64,000 nucleotides of DNA from Cryomorphaceae bacterium (GTDB taxonomy: Bacteria > Bacteroidota > Bacteroidia > Flavobacteriales > Schleiferiaceae). This document shows, one piece after another, positions 48,682-58,317 of this stretch (position 1 is the stretch's first letter; the number at the start of each line of letters is the position of its first letter). The translations under genes and the position numbers were made by a program. The stretch is from assembly GCA_011525035.1 (NCBI GenBank), contig WTIZ01000041.1, positions 111,998 through 175,997 on the forward strand, read 5' to 3'. The notes under the pieces were generated by a model. The model made no database searches. It saw only the letters and a program-made list of their open reading frames with translations, and was not told the DNA's origin.

Positions 48682-49206
48682 ATGGATGTAGAGTTTTTAA
48701 AATACCCTATCGGCAAACCGTCGATAGAATCAGAACCGGGAGAGGAACGCATTGAAGGCTGTATTGCAGTTATTGGCCGCATGCCAAAGCAGCTGATGGA
48801 GTTTGCCAAGGTTTTGACCGAGGAGCAATGGGATACGCCGTATAGAGAAGGCGGTTGGACCGTCCGTCAGGTAGTTCATCATTTGGCCGATTCTCACATG
48901 AACGGTTTTAATCGTCAGCGTTTAGCTGTGACTTCTGGTGAGACCCCAAAGGTGCCTGGTTACCCTCAGACGCTTTTTGCTGCTTTACCAGATTATACGA
49001 CGGACCCTTTCCTAAGTGTCATTTTGTTGGCAAGCTTGCACGAGAAGTGGGTGAGTTTCTTAAATGGTATTACAGAGACTGGCTGGGACAAGTCATACTT
49101 CCACATGGAAGAAGAGAAAGAGTATACCATGAAAGAAAGTGTACAGATGTATGCTTGGCACTGCCAGCATCATTTGGCACATATTAGATTGGTACTAGAT
49201 AAGTAA
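48682..49206 (+). CDS. DinB/YfiT-family metal-dependent bacillithiol transferase-like protein
   Basis: 174 aa. His triad context VVHHLADSHMN ... and YAWHCQHHLAHI, typical of YfiT/BstA-type DinB-fold proteins. Confidence 0.8.
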   Translation: MDVEFLKYPIGKPSIESEPGEERIEGCIAVIGRMPKQLMEFAKVLTEEQWDTPYREGGWTVRQVVHHLADSHMNGFNRQRLAVTSGETPKVPGYPQTLFAALPDYTTDPFLSVILLASLHEKWVSFLNGITETGWDKSYFHMEEEKEYTMKESVQMYAWHCQHHLAHIRLVLDK

Positions 49207-49217
49207 GTATAGCACTG

Positions 49218-49247
49218 AAAAAGCCGCTCCCGAAGAGCGGCTTTTTT
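49218..49247. terminator. Bidirectional intrinsic terminator
   Basis: A-run 49218-49222, stem GCCGCTC (49223-49229) / GAGCGGC (49235-49241), T-run 49242-49247. It lies between convergent genes. Confidence 0.85.
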
Positions 49248-49298
49248 ATTTGTGAAATTCCCACATAAGTGGCGAGATAAATCGGTCCTCGTTGATTT

Positions 49299-51488
49299 CT
49301 ATTTGGTATTCAACCAATAGCTCAATTTAAGGTTAATGGTCCTTAAACGCGGCGTGAAGTCGCTAGAGTAATAGTTGTCGTTGTAGACGATGAAGAGGTC
49401 GGAGAGCGGCGCAAATCGCCATTGTAGGCGAGAATTTATGCCGAAGTTATCCTGCTGATTGCTGTATTGTATGAGCGTGCTCCAGAATACTGACTTAGAG
49501 AAGGTAACATTGATTCTCGGTGTGATCAACCAAAGGTTTGCAGAAGCGTAGGGTTCCGGTAATCTGATACCGTCATAGTTCACATTGATAGAGGTACTCA
49601 CCCAAGGTTGCCAGCGGTAACCAATGCGACCACCAACGCTGTAGCGTTGTCCATTGAAGAATTGGCCCATGGTGGTGTTTACCTGGTAGGTTAGTAAGTT
49701 GGCAGTATTTGAAGTGTACTCCCCATTGTATTGGTAGAAGCGGTAGCCTACATCCGCGGGCAGCGGTGTGGCACCTTCAGTTCTGGTAGGATCAAATTCG
49801 CCGAATAAATAAATGTAATTGTCCAGCGCCCTGCTGCGAAGACGACTTTGGTCTTTGAAGTAAATCTGGTGTTCTAACCAATTCGTATGATCCGTATACC
49901 TCCAATCAAGTGTTGGCTTCCAATAATTGATATTCAATAGCATCAGGCTGTGACGGCTGATGTATTTGTTATCTGGATAAAAGTGACGGGTAGCGGCAAG
50001 TCCCATTTTAAAGAAATCCGTGCGGGGCACGAAGCCTAGATCGGCCTGGAAATCTTGGTCAACCTTTACAAAATCGGACACGAATACCCACTTTCGTGAG
50101 TTTCTAGTAAGTACTGCTTGCGCACTTGAGGTTGCATCGGGATTATCTTCAATAAAGCTTTTGTGCCAATAGAACTTACCCGCCCAGGTGTTGTCTGCCG
50201 AGGCGAGGTTGTAATCTGCGCCAATTACACGGTTGTATGGTGTAGCTGAGGTATCTCCTGATGTGAGCTGACGGTTGACAATAAAGGCGCCAATGTTGTC
50301 TCTGGCAAACAATTTTCGTTGAATAGCGACCATGCTGTTGTTGTACCCAGCGATGCCCTGTTCTGGCGATGCAGCCGTTTGAATATCTAAAACACCCAAG
50401 CGCCAATTCTCATCTAGTTTACCACTAAGCCTTGCGCCACCTAGAATTCTATTCTGGACCAAATTTCCAGCGGTATCCGTCGCTAGACCTATTCTTCTTG
50501 AGAAGAAGGGGCGGGCCTCTCTAAAGTAATTACCGAAGGATCCGAACAGGTCGCTGTTATCAATAAAGAATTGACGTTTTTCAGGAAGTCTTAATTCGAA
50601 TCTGGTCAAATTTGTTTGTAGATCGTCCGCTTCGGCACTGCTGAAATCCGGATTGATCGTTAGGTCCATATTTAGTGCATCGCCGATAGGCACCTTAGCA
50701 TCCAACCCTATGTTGCGAACACCTGTAAAACCAGTAGCGCCTTCATCGCGCACCCCAGCATAGGCAGCATAGGGGATAAAGGAGAACGGAAATGCAGGTT
50801 TGCCCAGTGGCTCCTCAAATTCGAGAGTACCCATGTAAGCGAGATTAGATAGCAATTGGTTTTGTGGAACCCGCACCCAAGTCGAACGCTCGTTGCTTTG
50901 AATGTCAAATCGGTACGCTCTAAATCTCCAAGTATTGTCTCCCTCGATGAATTTCAACGAATAGAAAGGGATGGCCATTTCTACGACGTAGTGGTCGTCG
51001 TAACGTTTGGCTTCAGCGGTCCACTTTACGTCCCAAGAGGTGTTGAATCCAGATATCTGTGCGCCACCACCAGATACCAATACTTCGCGCTGAACCCCAT
51101 AGGGTGTGACCCCAAAGGCAAAGGCGATGTTACCGTCCTTAAAGGTGTCGAACATCAGTGTGACGTTATCGTTCTGCGTCCCGCGGAAATCACGTTGAAG
51201 CGAGCTAATGACGTAGTTCGGACCTGCAGATTGCGCAACGACTCCAACATATAGGAAATCATCGTCATAGGCGAGTTTCACCTCGGTTTCTAGTGCGGCA
51301 TCTACGCTGTCGTTCGGGAAGTATTGAATAAAGTCTGTGGCGGTTCCCGCGTTTTGCCAAAAGGCTTCATCGAGTAAACCATCGACAGTGACCTTGTCGT
51401 CTATTTTTTTGGCCTGAACATTGGGGCCGACTTGTCCTGCTAAAGACAGCGATACGGTTAAGAATAGGGGCAGGTAAATTCCTCTCAC
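49299..51488 (-). CDS. CBM9-like / DUF5916 outer-membrane-type protein
   Basis: 729 aa with a signal peptide. The N-terminal VDGLLDEAFWQNA...DFIQYFPND pattern resembles carbohydrate-binding family 9. The long beta-rich C-terminus ends in an aromatic-rich strand (LKLSYWLNTK). Confidence 0.7.
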   Translation of the reverse strand: MRGIYLPLFLTVSLSLAGQVGPNVQAKKIDDKVTVDGLLDEAFWQNAGTATDFIQYFPNDSVDAALETEVKLAYDDDFLYVGVVAQSAGPNYVISSLQRDFRGTQNDNVTLMFDTFKDGNIAFAFGVTPYGVQREVLVSGGGAQISGFNTSWDVKWTAEAKRYDDHYVVEMAIPFYSLKFIEGDNTWRFRAYRFDIQSNERSTWVRVPQNQLLSNLAYMGTLEFEEPLGKPAFPFSFIPYAAYAGVRDEGATGFTGVRNIGLDAKVPIGDALNMDLTINPDFSSAEADDLQTNLTRFELRLPEKRQFFIDNSDLFGSFGNYFREARPFFSRRIGLATDTAGNLVQNRILGGARLSGKLDENWRLGVLDIQTAASPEQGIAGYNNSMVAIQRKLFARDNIGAFIVNRQLTSGDTSATPYNRVIGADYNLASADNTWAGKFYWHKSFIEDNPDATSSAQAVLTRNSRKWVFVSDFVKVDQDFQADLGFVPRTDFFKMGLAATRHFYPDNKYISRHSLMLLNINYWKPTLDWRYTDHTNWLEHQIYFKDQSRLRSRALDNYIYLFGEFDPTRTEGATPLPADVGYRFYQYNGEYTSNTANLLTYQVNTTMGQFFNGQRYSVGGRIGYRWQPWVSTSINVNYDGIRLPEPYASANLWLITPRINVTFSKSVFWSTLIQYSNQQDNFGINSRLQWRFAPLSDLFIVYNDNYYSSDFTPRLRTINLKLSYWLNTK

Positions 51489-51533
51489 GCTTTATTGTGA
51501 TTTACTGACACAAATAACGGAAAATTTCCGGAA

Positions 51534-52643
51534 TTACAGGTCTTCAACACGAGAAACGCGCTTGGTAATGATGCCGTTTTCCACTTTGAAGTACAAAGGC
51601 ATTTCTTGAACACCAAGGGTTTCTATAATTACGCTTCGGCTACCTCCAAGATCGCTAAGGTGTTGACCGCCAAGATCATCGGTAACGATAGCTTCGTACC
51701 ATTCGCCCAGTGGGCTGCGCTGTTGCGGAAGACCGTCAATAGAAAGCAGTACCCAGTTGTCCATAGACTGCGTTTTAGCAACAGATCGAAGCTCATTGCG
51801 ACATTCTACGCACCACGAGGCCCATATGGCAACCACATGATCTTCTAGGGACATGCGCTCGAGCGAAACGAGTTCACCTTGCGGCGTCTCTAAGGCAAAC
51901 TCCGGGAACGGGCTGCCAACACTAAACTTTTGTGCATTCTCCGCCACCTTAGCAGTGAAAACATAGGTTTCTTCGAACTCTTCTACCCACATGTTAAATG
52001 CAAGTACATCATTTGATGCCGGTGCCAATTTAGTTAATGCATCATTCACTCCACGCAATACCTCGCGGTCCACGCCATATTCAAGCACTGGATTTTGACC
52101 AATCCTGTGGTAGACGGTCATTAGGTTGGATAACCTTCCTGGTGCAGCAACGAGACTGTCTAAAATGCGTTGTCTGTATCCGTCGGCGTAAGCGAAGAAT
52201 ACACTATCGATAGAACGTAATCCCTTAAAAGTGGTGCTGTCCTTGTAGGTAGATTTGATGGCGTCAAGACTGTCTATCAAAGCAATGAGGTCCAATTGCA
52301 TTTTGCGCTGTGCCCCCAGCCAATTGTTCTCTGCATCGCCAGAGATAAAGCCGTCTTTTGAAATTGTAAGTTCTTCTGTACTCGGTCCAACTACGGCATG
52401 TACCACCGGTAATTCTCCGTCCAAGGGAAGGAAGCTGATCATCTGAAGTGTATCGAAGGCAACTTCAAAGACGTCATTACCGATAATGTCGAGGCTGTCC
52501 ATCACAGTGAACGTCCCGTCGGCTTCACGGTACTGAACCGCATAGCTGCCGGTTTCTTCTAACTCAAAGCGAATAAGCGAACCTCCTTCTTGAGTACAAG
52601 AGGCTAAAACAAGACCAGCAAGTAATCCCCAGAGCTTACGCAT
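51534..52643 (-). CDS. TlpA-like thioredoxin-fold lipoprotein with ~250-aa N-terminal domain of unknown function
   Basis: The start at ATG 52643 gives MRKLWGLLAGLVLASC (lipobox) and overlaps the gatB stop by 8 nt. The C-terminal domain has AIWASWCVECRNEL (CxxC). Confidence 0.7.
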   Translation of the reverse strand: MRKLWGLLAGLVLASCTQEGGSLIRFELEETGSYAVQYREADGTFTVMDSLDIIGNDVFEVAFDTLQMISFLPLDGELPVVHAVVGPSTEELTISKDGFISGDAENNWLGAQRKMQLDLIALIDSLDAIKSTYKDSTTFKGLRSIDSVFFAYADGYRQRILDSLVAAPGRLSNLMTVYHRIGQNPVLEYGVDREVLRGVNDALTKLAPASNDVLAFNMWVEEFEETYVFTAKVAENAQKFSVGSPFPEFALETPQGELVSLERMSLEDHVVAIWASWCVECRNELRSVAKTQSMDNWVLLSIDGLPQQRSPLGEWYEAIVTDDLGGQHLSDLGGSRSVIIETLGVQEMPLYFKVENGIITKRVSRVEDL

Positions 52644-54090
52644 CCAATTTCTCGCGCAACAGGGCGCTTGCTTTTTTAGGATCTGCACTGCCTCGGCTGT
52701 ATTTCATTACCTCACCCATAAAGAGTCCGATAAGTCCTTTCTTACCTGAGCGGTATTCCTCAATCTTTTCTGGATATGCAGCCAAAGCTTGATCTACCCA
52801 AGCTTGCAACTGGTCGCTATCGCCTTGTTGGATCCAGCCGTTTTGCTCACAAAGTGCAGCAGCATCAGCAGTCGGGTCCTCCAACAATGCAGGGAATAAT
52901 TTCTGAGTAGCCGTAGAGATCGAAATTTTTTCTTCGTCTACTAACGTTTGAATGCTCGCCAATGCCGCAGGTGCGATTGGGAATTCTTCAATCTCAACGC
53001 TTTGTTCATTCAACCACGATTTCACAGGGCCAATAAGCAAGTTGGTTGCTCCCTTGTAATTGGTCGTATGCTTGATTACCTCTTCAAAGTACAGTGCAAA
53101 GGCCTTGCTGTCAGTTAAGACATAGGCGTCATATTCACTTAGGCCCAATTCTTTCGTATACTTCACAAATAGCTCGTAGGGCAGGGGTGGCATGTTCTCG
53201 CGCACACTGTCTACATAACTTTGCGGCACAATAACAGGTACTAAATCTGGCTCTGGGAAGTAGCGGTAGTCGTGCGCATCTTCTTTTGAACGAAGTCCAA
53301 TGGTGATGTTCTTTGCAGCATCGTACGTACGCGTTTCCTGATGAATTTCTTCGCCCGATTCAATCAAATCAATCTGACGAATAATCTCAAAGTCAATGGC
53401 TTTCTGTACGTTGCGGAACGAGTTCATGTTTTTCACCTCGACTTTCGTCCCAAATTTGGTCGCACCTTTCTTGCGAACGGAGATGTTCAAATCCGCACGA
53501 AGCGAACCTTCCTCCATATTCCCATCTGAAATTTCTAGGTAACGGACCAATTTTCTGATCTCGCTCAAGTAGCTATATGCTTCTTCGCCATTCTTAATCT
53601 CTGGCTCCGATACAATCTCTAATAGAGGGATACCTGCACGATTTAGGTCCACCAGTGTATTGAACGGGTCGATGTCGTGCACACTCTTGCCTGAATCCTC
53701 TTCCATGTGGATACGGGTCAGGTTGATTTTCTTGTCATTGCCCTCGGCATCTTTGATGCGCACAAATCCTTCGGTACAGATAGGTGTGGTGTCCTGCGTA
53801 ATCTGATACCCCTTCGGCAAATCTGCATAGAAGTAGTTCTTACGTGCAAATTCATTGCGCTCACGAATGGTACAATCACAGGCAATACCCAACTTCACGG
53901 CATAATTCATCACCGCTTTGTTGAACACAGGAAGAGTACCTGGATGGCCCAAGCTGATCGGGCTTACCTGAGTATTAGGGGAGGCACCATATGTGGTAGC
54001 ATCACCACAGTACGCCTTGCTCTGCGTGCTAAGCTGCACGTGAACTTCAATACCAATAACCGGTTCGTATGTATCGTAAATACTAGACAT
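52636..54090 (-). CDS. gatB: Asp-tRNA(Asn)/Glu-tRNA(Gln) amidotransferase subunit B
   Basis: 484 aa. YEPVIGIEVHVQL, the MEEDSGKS segment and a C-terminal GatB/YqeY domain. Confidence 0.96.
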   Translation of the reverse strand: MSSIYDTYEPVIGIEVHVQLSTQSKAYCGDATTYGASPNTQVSPISLGHPGTLPVFNKAVMNYAVKLGIACDCTIRERNEFARKNYFYADLPKGYQITQDTTPICTEGFVRIKDAEGNDKKINLTRIHMEEDSGKSVHDIDPFNTLVDLNRAGIPLLEIVSEPEIKNGEEAYSYLSEIRKLVRYLEISDGNMEEGSLRADLNISVRKKGATKFGTKVEVKNMNSFRNVQKAIDFEIIRQIDLIESGEEIHQETRTYDAAKNITIGLRSKEDAHDYRYFPEPDLVPVIVPQSYVDSVRENMPPLPYELFVKYTKELGLSEYDAYVLTDSKAFALYFEEVIKHTTNYKGATNLLIGPVKSWLNEQSVEIEEFPIAPAALASIQTLVDEEKISISTATQKLFPALLEDPTADAAALCEQNGWIQQGDSDQLQAWVDQALAAYPEKIEEYRSGKKGLIGLFMGEVMKYSRGSADPKKASALLREKLDA

Positions 54091-54123
54091 CCAAGGGAAA
54101 TTTAGAGCGCTAATTTACGCTTT

Positions 54124-55116
54124 TTAGGCCTGTTTTTGTGACCGATTTTCATACACTTCCTCAATCTTTGCCACCATGGCATCAAGGAGCGGCTGAACAT
54201 CCCCAACAGGCTGAATTTCAACATCCCAAACACTCAGCCTTATAGGGCTGTTTTCTGCCTTAATTAGGGGTTCCAACTTCACAGCATCTTTCGCGGTGCA
54301 ATGCACACGGTAGTCGTATTTCTTGGAAGCTTTTTCGATGCGAGCGAGATCTGTCGCACTGTAACGATGATGGTCCCGGAATTTCATTTCATCTCCAATG
54401 AAACCACCTGCTTTCTGAATTTGGTACAAGCAATCATCAGGATTCGCTACACCACACACGACCAATCCTTGCTCCTTGCTTCCTGATACTAGAGCGGTTA
54501 TTCGTTCAAAAGTGTATTCGGGTATTCCTTTCCAAGATTCTGCGGATTGGTATCCTGCTTCATCGATTTGTGATAGGATAGCGTTTATGTTGGTGTGTGG
54601 AATTTCACGCAAACGACCCATGGGCAACATGTGGTCTAGTTCAAATCGTTGGCTCTTCTGGCACACGATGCTGAAGTCTTTGAGAAGCTCGTAATGCTGC
54701 AAGCCGTCGTCCATCACCAATACTTTCTTATCGCCCGCAATGGTCGAGGCAAGCAGTGCGCTTTCAACACGATTCTTACCCACTACAGTAGGAAAGTGTT
54801 GTGCATGCAATAGGGCCTCGTCCCCGTAAGTATGGGCATCATTGCGATGTACTAGGGTACTTTTTTTAACCGAACCTTTATAGCCTCGAATGAGGATTAT
54901 GGGGGAATACCCTAGGGCTTTTAACTGGCTAGCAACCCAAATGGTAGCCGGAGTTTTACCTGTACCTCCAGCCTGAAAGTTCCCTACACAAATGGTGGGA
55001 TATGTGGCATGTTTAGCCTGAGTTGAACGCCTCGCACGATCAATTTTCTGCCCGAATAAATAGCATACTCCGAGAACGAATCCCAGTGGATTGAAGGGAT
55101 TTAGATACATGCTCAC
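54124..55116 (-). CDS. lpxK: Tetraacyldisaccharide 4'-kinase
   Basis: 330 aa. VGNFQAGGTGKTP P-loop and MDDGLQH. Confidence 0.88.
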   Translation of the reverse strand: MSMYLNPFNPLGFVLGVCYLFGQKIDRARRSTQAKHATYPTICVGNFQAGGTGKTPATIWVASQLKALGYSPIILIRGYKGSVKKSTLVHRNDAHTYGDEALLHAQHFPTVVGKNRVESALLASTIAGDKKVLVMDDGLQHYELLKDFSIVCQKSQRFELDHMLPMGRLREIPHTNINAILSQIDEAGYQSAESWKGIPEYTFERITALVSGSKEQGLVVCGVANPDDCLYQIQKAGGFIGDEMKFRDHHRYSATDLARIEKASKKYDYRVHCTAKDAVKLEPLIKAENSPIRLSVWDVEIQPVGDVQPLLDAMVAKIEEVYENRSQKQA

Positions 55117-56018
55117 AACACCCCCGCTTTACGCAAAGATTCCTCTTGGCTGTTAATGTCGTTTGGATCGAGCCATAAAGCACTTTCGAAGCGCTTGAAA
55201 TACGTCAATTGCCTTTTGGCATAGCGACGGCTGTATTGTTGGATGAGTTCAATGGTGCGGTCTAGGTCGTATTCGCCCTTAAAATAAGGCCACCATTCTC
55301 GGTATCCAACGGTTTGGAGGCTGGGAAGGTCTGCATGAGATTTTAGCGATCTGGCTTCCGCCTCAAGACCGTCCGCAATCATGAGGTGTACACGTCTGTT
55401 TATGCGGTCGTACAATTTATCCCTATCCATATTCAATACCCAATTCACTATTTCAAACGGCCGTTCCTTAGGACTATTGTTCAGTTGCTCAGAATACTTT
55501 TTGCCTGAAGCCATAATGACCTCTAGTGCCCTGATCACCCTCCTCGGATTATTTAGATCTACTTTCTCGGCATACGCTGGATCGAGTTCTTGGAGTTTAG
55601 CTACTAATGGCGCAAGACCATCCGCAGCAAACTGCTGATCTAAACCTGCCTTGACATCGGCATTGGTGGGTAGAGGATCTAAGCCATTGAGAAGGGCATC
55701 GATATACATCCCAGAGCCACCCACGGCAATTACGACATTATTCTCAGTGAAGAGGGTCTGCAATCTAGCCAGTGCAAATCGTTCGTATTCGCCCGCAGTA
55801 ATCGGATCATGAATGCTTCGGTCGGCGATGAAATGATGATCGGCGCGCTGCATTTCCTCTGTGGAAGGAGGTGCGCTTCCGATGGCCAATTCCTTATAGC
55901 ACTGGCGGCTATCCGTGGAGAGAATTGGACATCCCAACTTTTCTGCCCAATACAAGGCTACCCCTGTTTTTCCTACCGCAGTAGGTCCACAGATGTTGAT
56001 GAGGTAGGTCTTAGACAT
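55113..56018 (-). CDS. miaA: tRNA dimethylallyltransferase
   Basis: 301 aa. GPTAVGKT P-loop, DSRQCYKEL.IGSA and VGGSGMY motifs. The stop overlaps the lpxK start. Confidence 0.93.
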   Translation of the reverse strand: MSKTYLINICGPTAVGKTGVALYWAEKLGCPILSTDSRQCYKELAIGSAPPSTEEMQRADHHFIADRSIHDPITAGEYERFALARLQTLFTENNVVIAVGGSGMYIDALLNGLDPLPTNADVKAGLDQQFAADGLAPLVAKLQELDPAYAEKVDLNNPRRVIRALEVIMASGKKYSEQLNNSPKERPFEIVNWVLNMDRDKLYDRINRRVHLMIADGLEAEARSLKSHADLPSLQTVGYREWWPYFKGEYDLDRTIELIQQYSRRYAKRQLTYFKRFESALWLDPNDINSQEESLRKAGVL

Positions 56019-56076
56019 GCAGGTGTGTTGGAATTTTCGATGAAAATACGTAATTTGATAGAACCGCTTTATACGA

Positions 56077-56364
56077 ATGATGAACCACGACGCTAGAATT
56101 ATATCAAGAACAGATGCCGCAATGCTCGCCTACGAATCCGGAGAAATCTTGGACTCCGTCCAGGCTGTTCAACGACGTTCTGAGGCCATTCATAGAGCAA
56201 CCTATTTAGGTAATCTTAAGCATCAAAAGGTTCATATTCAGCTCAATACAGGTGCAGATATCCTGCAGGTCCATACCACCATCTGGTTGCATTACAACAA
56301 CCATATTTATCTAAAGGGCAATATCAAAGTACCCGTAGAGCGAATCCTTGGTATTCAGTTCTAG
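56077..56364 (+). CDS. Small hypothetical protein (95 aa)
   Basis: Open frame divergent from miaA with ordinary composition. I recognise no family. Its stop is embedded in the stop of the convergent gene (CTAG at 56361-56364). Confidence 0.4.
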   Translation: MMNHDARIISRTDAAMLAYESGEILDSVQAVQRRSEAIHRATYLGNLKHQKVHIQLNTGADILQVHTTIWLHYNNHIYLKGNIKVPVERILGIQF

Positions 56365-56900
56365 TAGTCGTATCCGTAAGAATCGTCTTCACCCTCTTCG
56401 GCTCCAGGCAAAGCGCCACTATCGAGGTCGTCGAGCCCGTACAAGGCATTTAGCTCTTCCTCGCTCATTTCGCTCGGGTCTTTTGACGGTGTGCTAGCCG
56501 CTGTGCTCGGCGCCTCAGTTTTGGGCAATTCACCAACGCTTGAAAGCACTACAAAATCTTCAAACCCTTCTTCCTCCTCCGTTTTCACAACTTCAAGGTA
56601 GAATATGTTCATATCGAGAAAGTTATAGACGTATAAGCCGTTTTTGGTACTAGAAAAGAATTGCTCTACCGAGGTTCCTTCCATGGAAGGCATATCATCG
56701 TCCATGGCAAACATGGGCAGTTCATCGCCCTGATCCCAGTTGGCTGTGCTGTAATAGAAACTTGCCATTTCTCCAGGGTTTAAGCCAAATTCATTGAAGA
56801 TGTGCTCGTGTAAGTTCATCATAGAGGCAGCGCCCTTGATGCGCACTTCTTTCAAGACGGTATCATCAGTATCAGCGATTACGCGTAAGAAAAACTCCAT
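56361..56900 (-). CDS. Conserved hypothetical protein, possibly pRiA4b ORF-3 / 'IS1096 passenger TnpR'-like fold, with acidic tail
   Basis: 179 aa, 1 nt downstream of the CCA-enzyme gene. The N-terminus FFLRVIADTD...NLHEHIFNEFGLNPGEMASFY loosely matches the pRiA4b ORF-3 pattern. The C-terminus is Asp/Glu/Tyr-rich. The family call is tentative. Confidence 0.45.
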   Translation of the reverse strand: MEFFLRVIADTDDTVLKEVRIKGAASMMNLHEHIFNEFGLNPGEMASFYYSTANWDQGDELPMFAMDDDMPSMEGTSVEQFFSSTKNGLYVYNFLDMNIFYLEVVKTEEEEGFEDFVVLSSVGELPKTEAPSTAASTPSKDPSEMSEEELNALYGLDDLDSGALPGAEEGEDDSYGYDY

Positions 56901-56901
56901 A

Positions 56902-58317
56902 TTATTTTGTCAATCCTAGTTTTTGCGCCACCTCTTCCATTAAAGCGAGTGCAGCTTGTTTTTCATTTGGTATATGTCCTTCGAGGATGGCTTCTTTCAA
57001 AGCTTCCTTGATTTCTCCAATTACTCTTGAGGGGCCAATTCCGAAGTGCTCCATAATTTCCTCGCCGCTCACAGGCGGTTGAAAGTTGCGGATATGATCA
57101 CGTTCCTCGACTTCTTTAAACTTCAAGCGAACCTCTTTGAAATTGTTCAAATAGCGGCGCTTTTTGCGTTCATTTTTTGTGGTGAGGTCGGCTTCACATA
57201 GAAGCATTAGATCTTCAACATCATCTCCAGCGTCGAACAACAAGCGACGTACGGCTGAATCTGTAACTGTATCGTCTACTAGTGATGCTGGGCGAGAGCT
57301 CATCATGACCATCTTCTGTACATATTTCATCCTCGCATCCGTAGGCAAATGCAAACGCTTAAAGATTTTTGGAATCATTTTACTTCCTACAAACTCATGA
57401 CCTCTAAACGTCCAACCGGCTGGCTTAATGAATTTTTTGGTTCTTGGCTTTCCTATGTCGTGCAATAAAGCAGCCCATCTGAGCCACAAGTTTTCAGATG
57501 TACGAGCGAGGTTGTCCACAACCTCTAATGTGTGGTAAAAATTGTCCTTGTGTAGATGCCCCTCAACTTCTTCTACACCCTGTAAAGCACAGATTTCTGG
57601 CATGATTTCTTTCATCAAGCCAGAAGTGAAGAGCAGTCCCAGACCATAAGACGGTTTGTCGACTTCCATGATTTTATTAAGCTCGACACTAATGCGCTCC
57701 GGTGCGACGATTTTCAATCTCGAAGCATGCTCCCGAATCGATTTCAAAGTGCTTGTATCGATGCGGTAATCTAATTGCGCAGCGAATCGAACAGCACGCA
57801 TCATGCGCAGCGGATCATCGTCAAAAGTTTTGTCTGGGCTAAGCGGTGTTTTGATGAGCTTTCGTTCAAGATCAGCCACGCCGTTGAATGGATCAATTAA
57901 TTCGCCCCAGCGACCTTCATTCAAACAAATAGCCATTGCATTGATGGTGAAGTCGCGACGATTTTGGTCGTCCTCAAGAGTGCCATCTTCAACAATAGGG
58001 TTTCGACTGTTTCTTTTATAGCTCTCCTTTCGGGCACCTACGAATTCAAGGTCAACACCCTGATAATTCATGTGTGCGGTACCAAAGCTTTTGAAAACAC
58101 TCAGTTTTGGCTTTTTGTCGAAGCCTTTTCGTACTTCTTTTGCCAGGGCTATGCCCGAACCCACAGTGACAAAATCGAGGTCCATCTTCGTGGGACGCTC
58201 AATGAGTCGATCACGTACATAGCCACCCACGACGTAGCACTCCAGACCGAGGTGGTCGGCTGCCTGTCCGATCTGCTTGAAAATCGGTCGGTCCAAAAAG
58301 TGGCTATAATTTGACAT
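56902..58317 (-). CDS. CCA tRNA nucleotidyltransferase / poly(A) polymerase family protein with HD domain
   Basis: 471 aa. GGYVRDRLI plus DLDF nucleotidyltransferase motifs, RDFTINA, and an HD domain (LLHDIGKP). Confidence 0.85.
   Translation of the reverse strand: MSNYSHFLDRPIFKQIGQAADHLGLECYVVGGYVRDRLIERPTKMDLDFVTVGSGIALAKEVRKGFDKKPKLSVFKSFGTAHMNYQGVDLEFVGARKESYKRNSRNPIVEDGTLEDDQNRRDFTINAMAICLNEGRWGELIDPFNGVADLERKLIKTPLSPDKTFDDDPLRMMRAVRFAAQLDYRIDTSTLKSIREHASRLKIVAPERISVELNKIMEVDKPSYGLGLLFTSGLMKEIMPEICALQGVEEVEGHLHKDNFYHTLEVVDNLARTSENLWLRWAALLHDIGKPRTKKFIKPAGWTFRGHEFVGSKMIPKIFKRLHLPTDARMKYVQKMVMMSSRPASLVDDTVTDSAVRRLLFDAGDDVEDLMLLCEADLTTKNERKKRRYLNNFKEVRLKFKEVEERDHIRNFQPPVSGEEIMEHFGIGPSRVIGEIKEALKEAILEGHIPNEKQAALALMEEVAQKLGLTK

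Noticed and set aside
56361-56900. Possible mobile element, because of the TnpR / IS1096-passenger-like protein.
   Set aside because: There is no transposase, integrase, terminal inverted repeats or target duplications nearby. The gene is packed into a housekeeping operon 1 nt after the CCA-enzyme gene.
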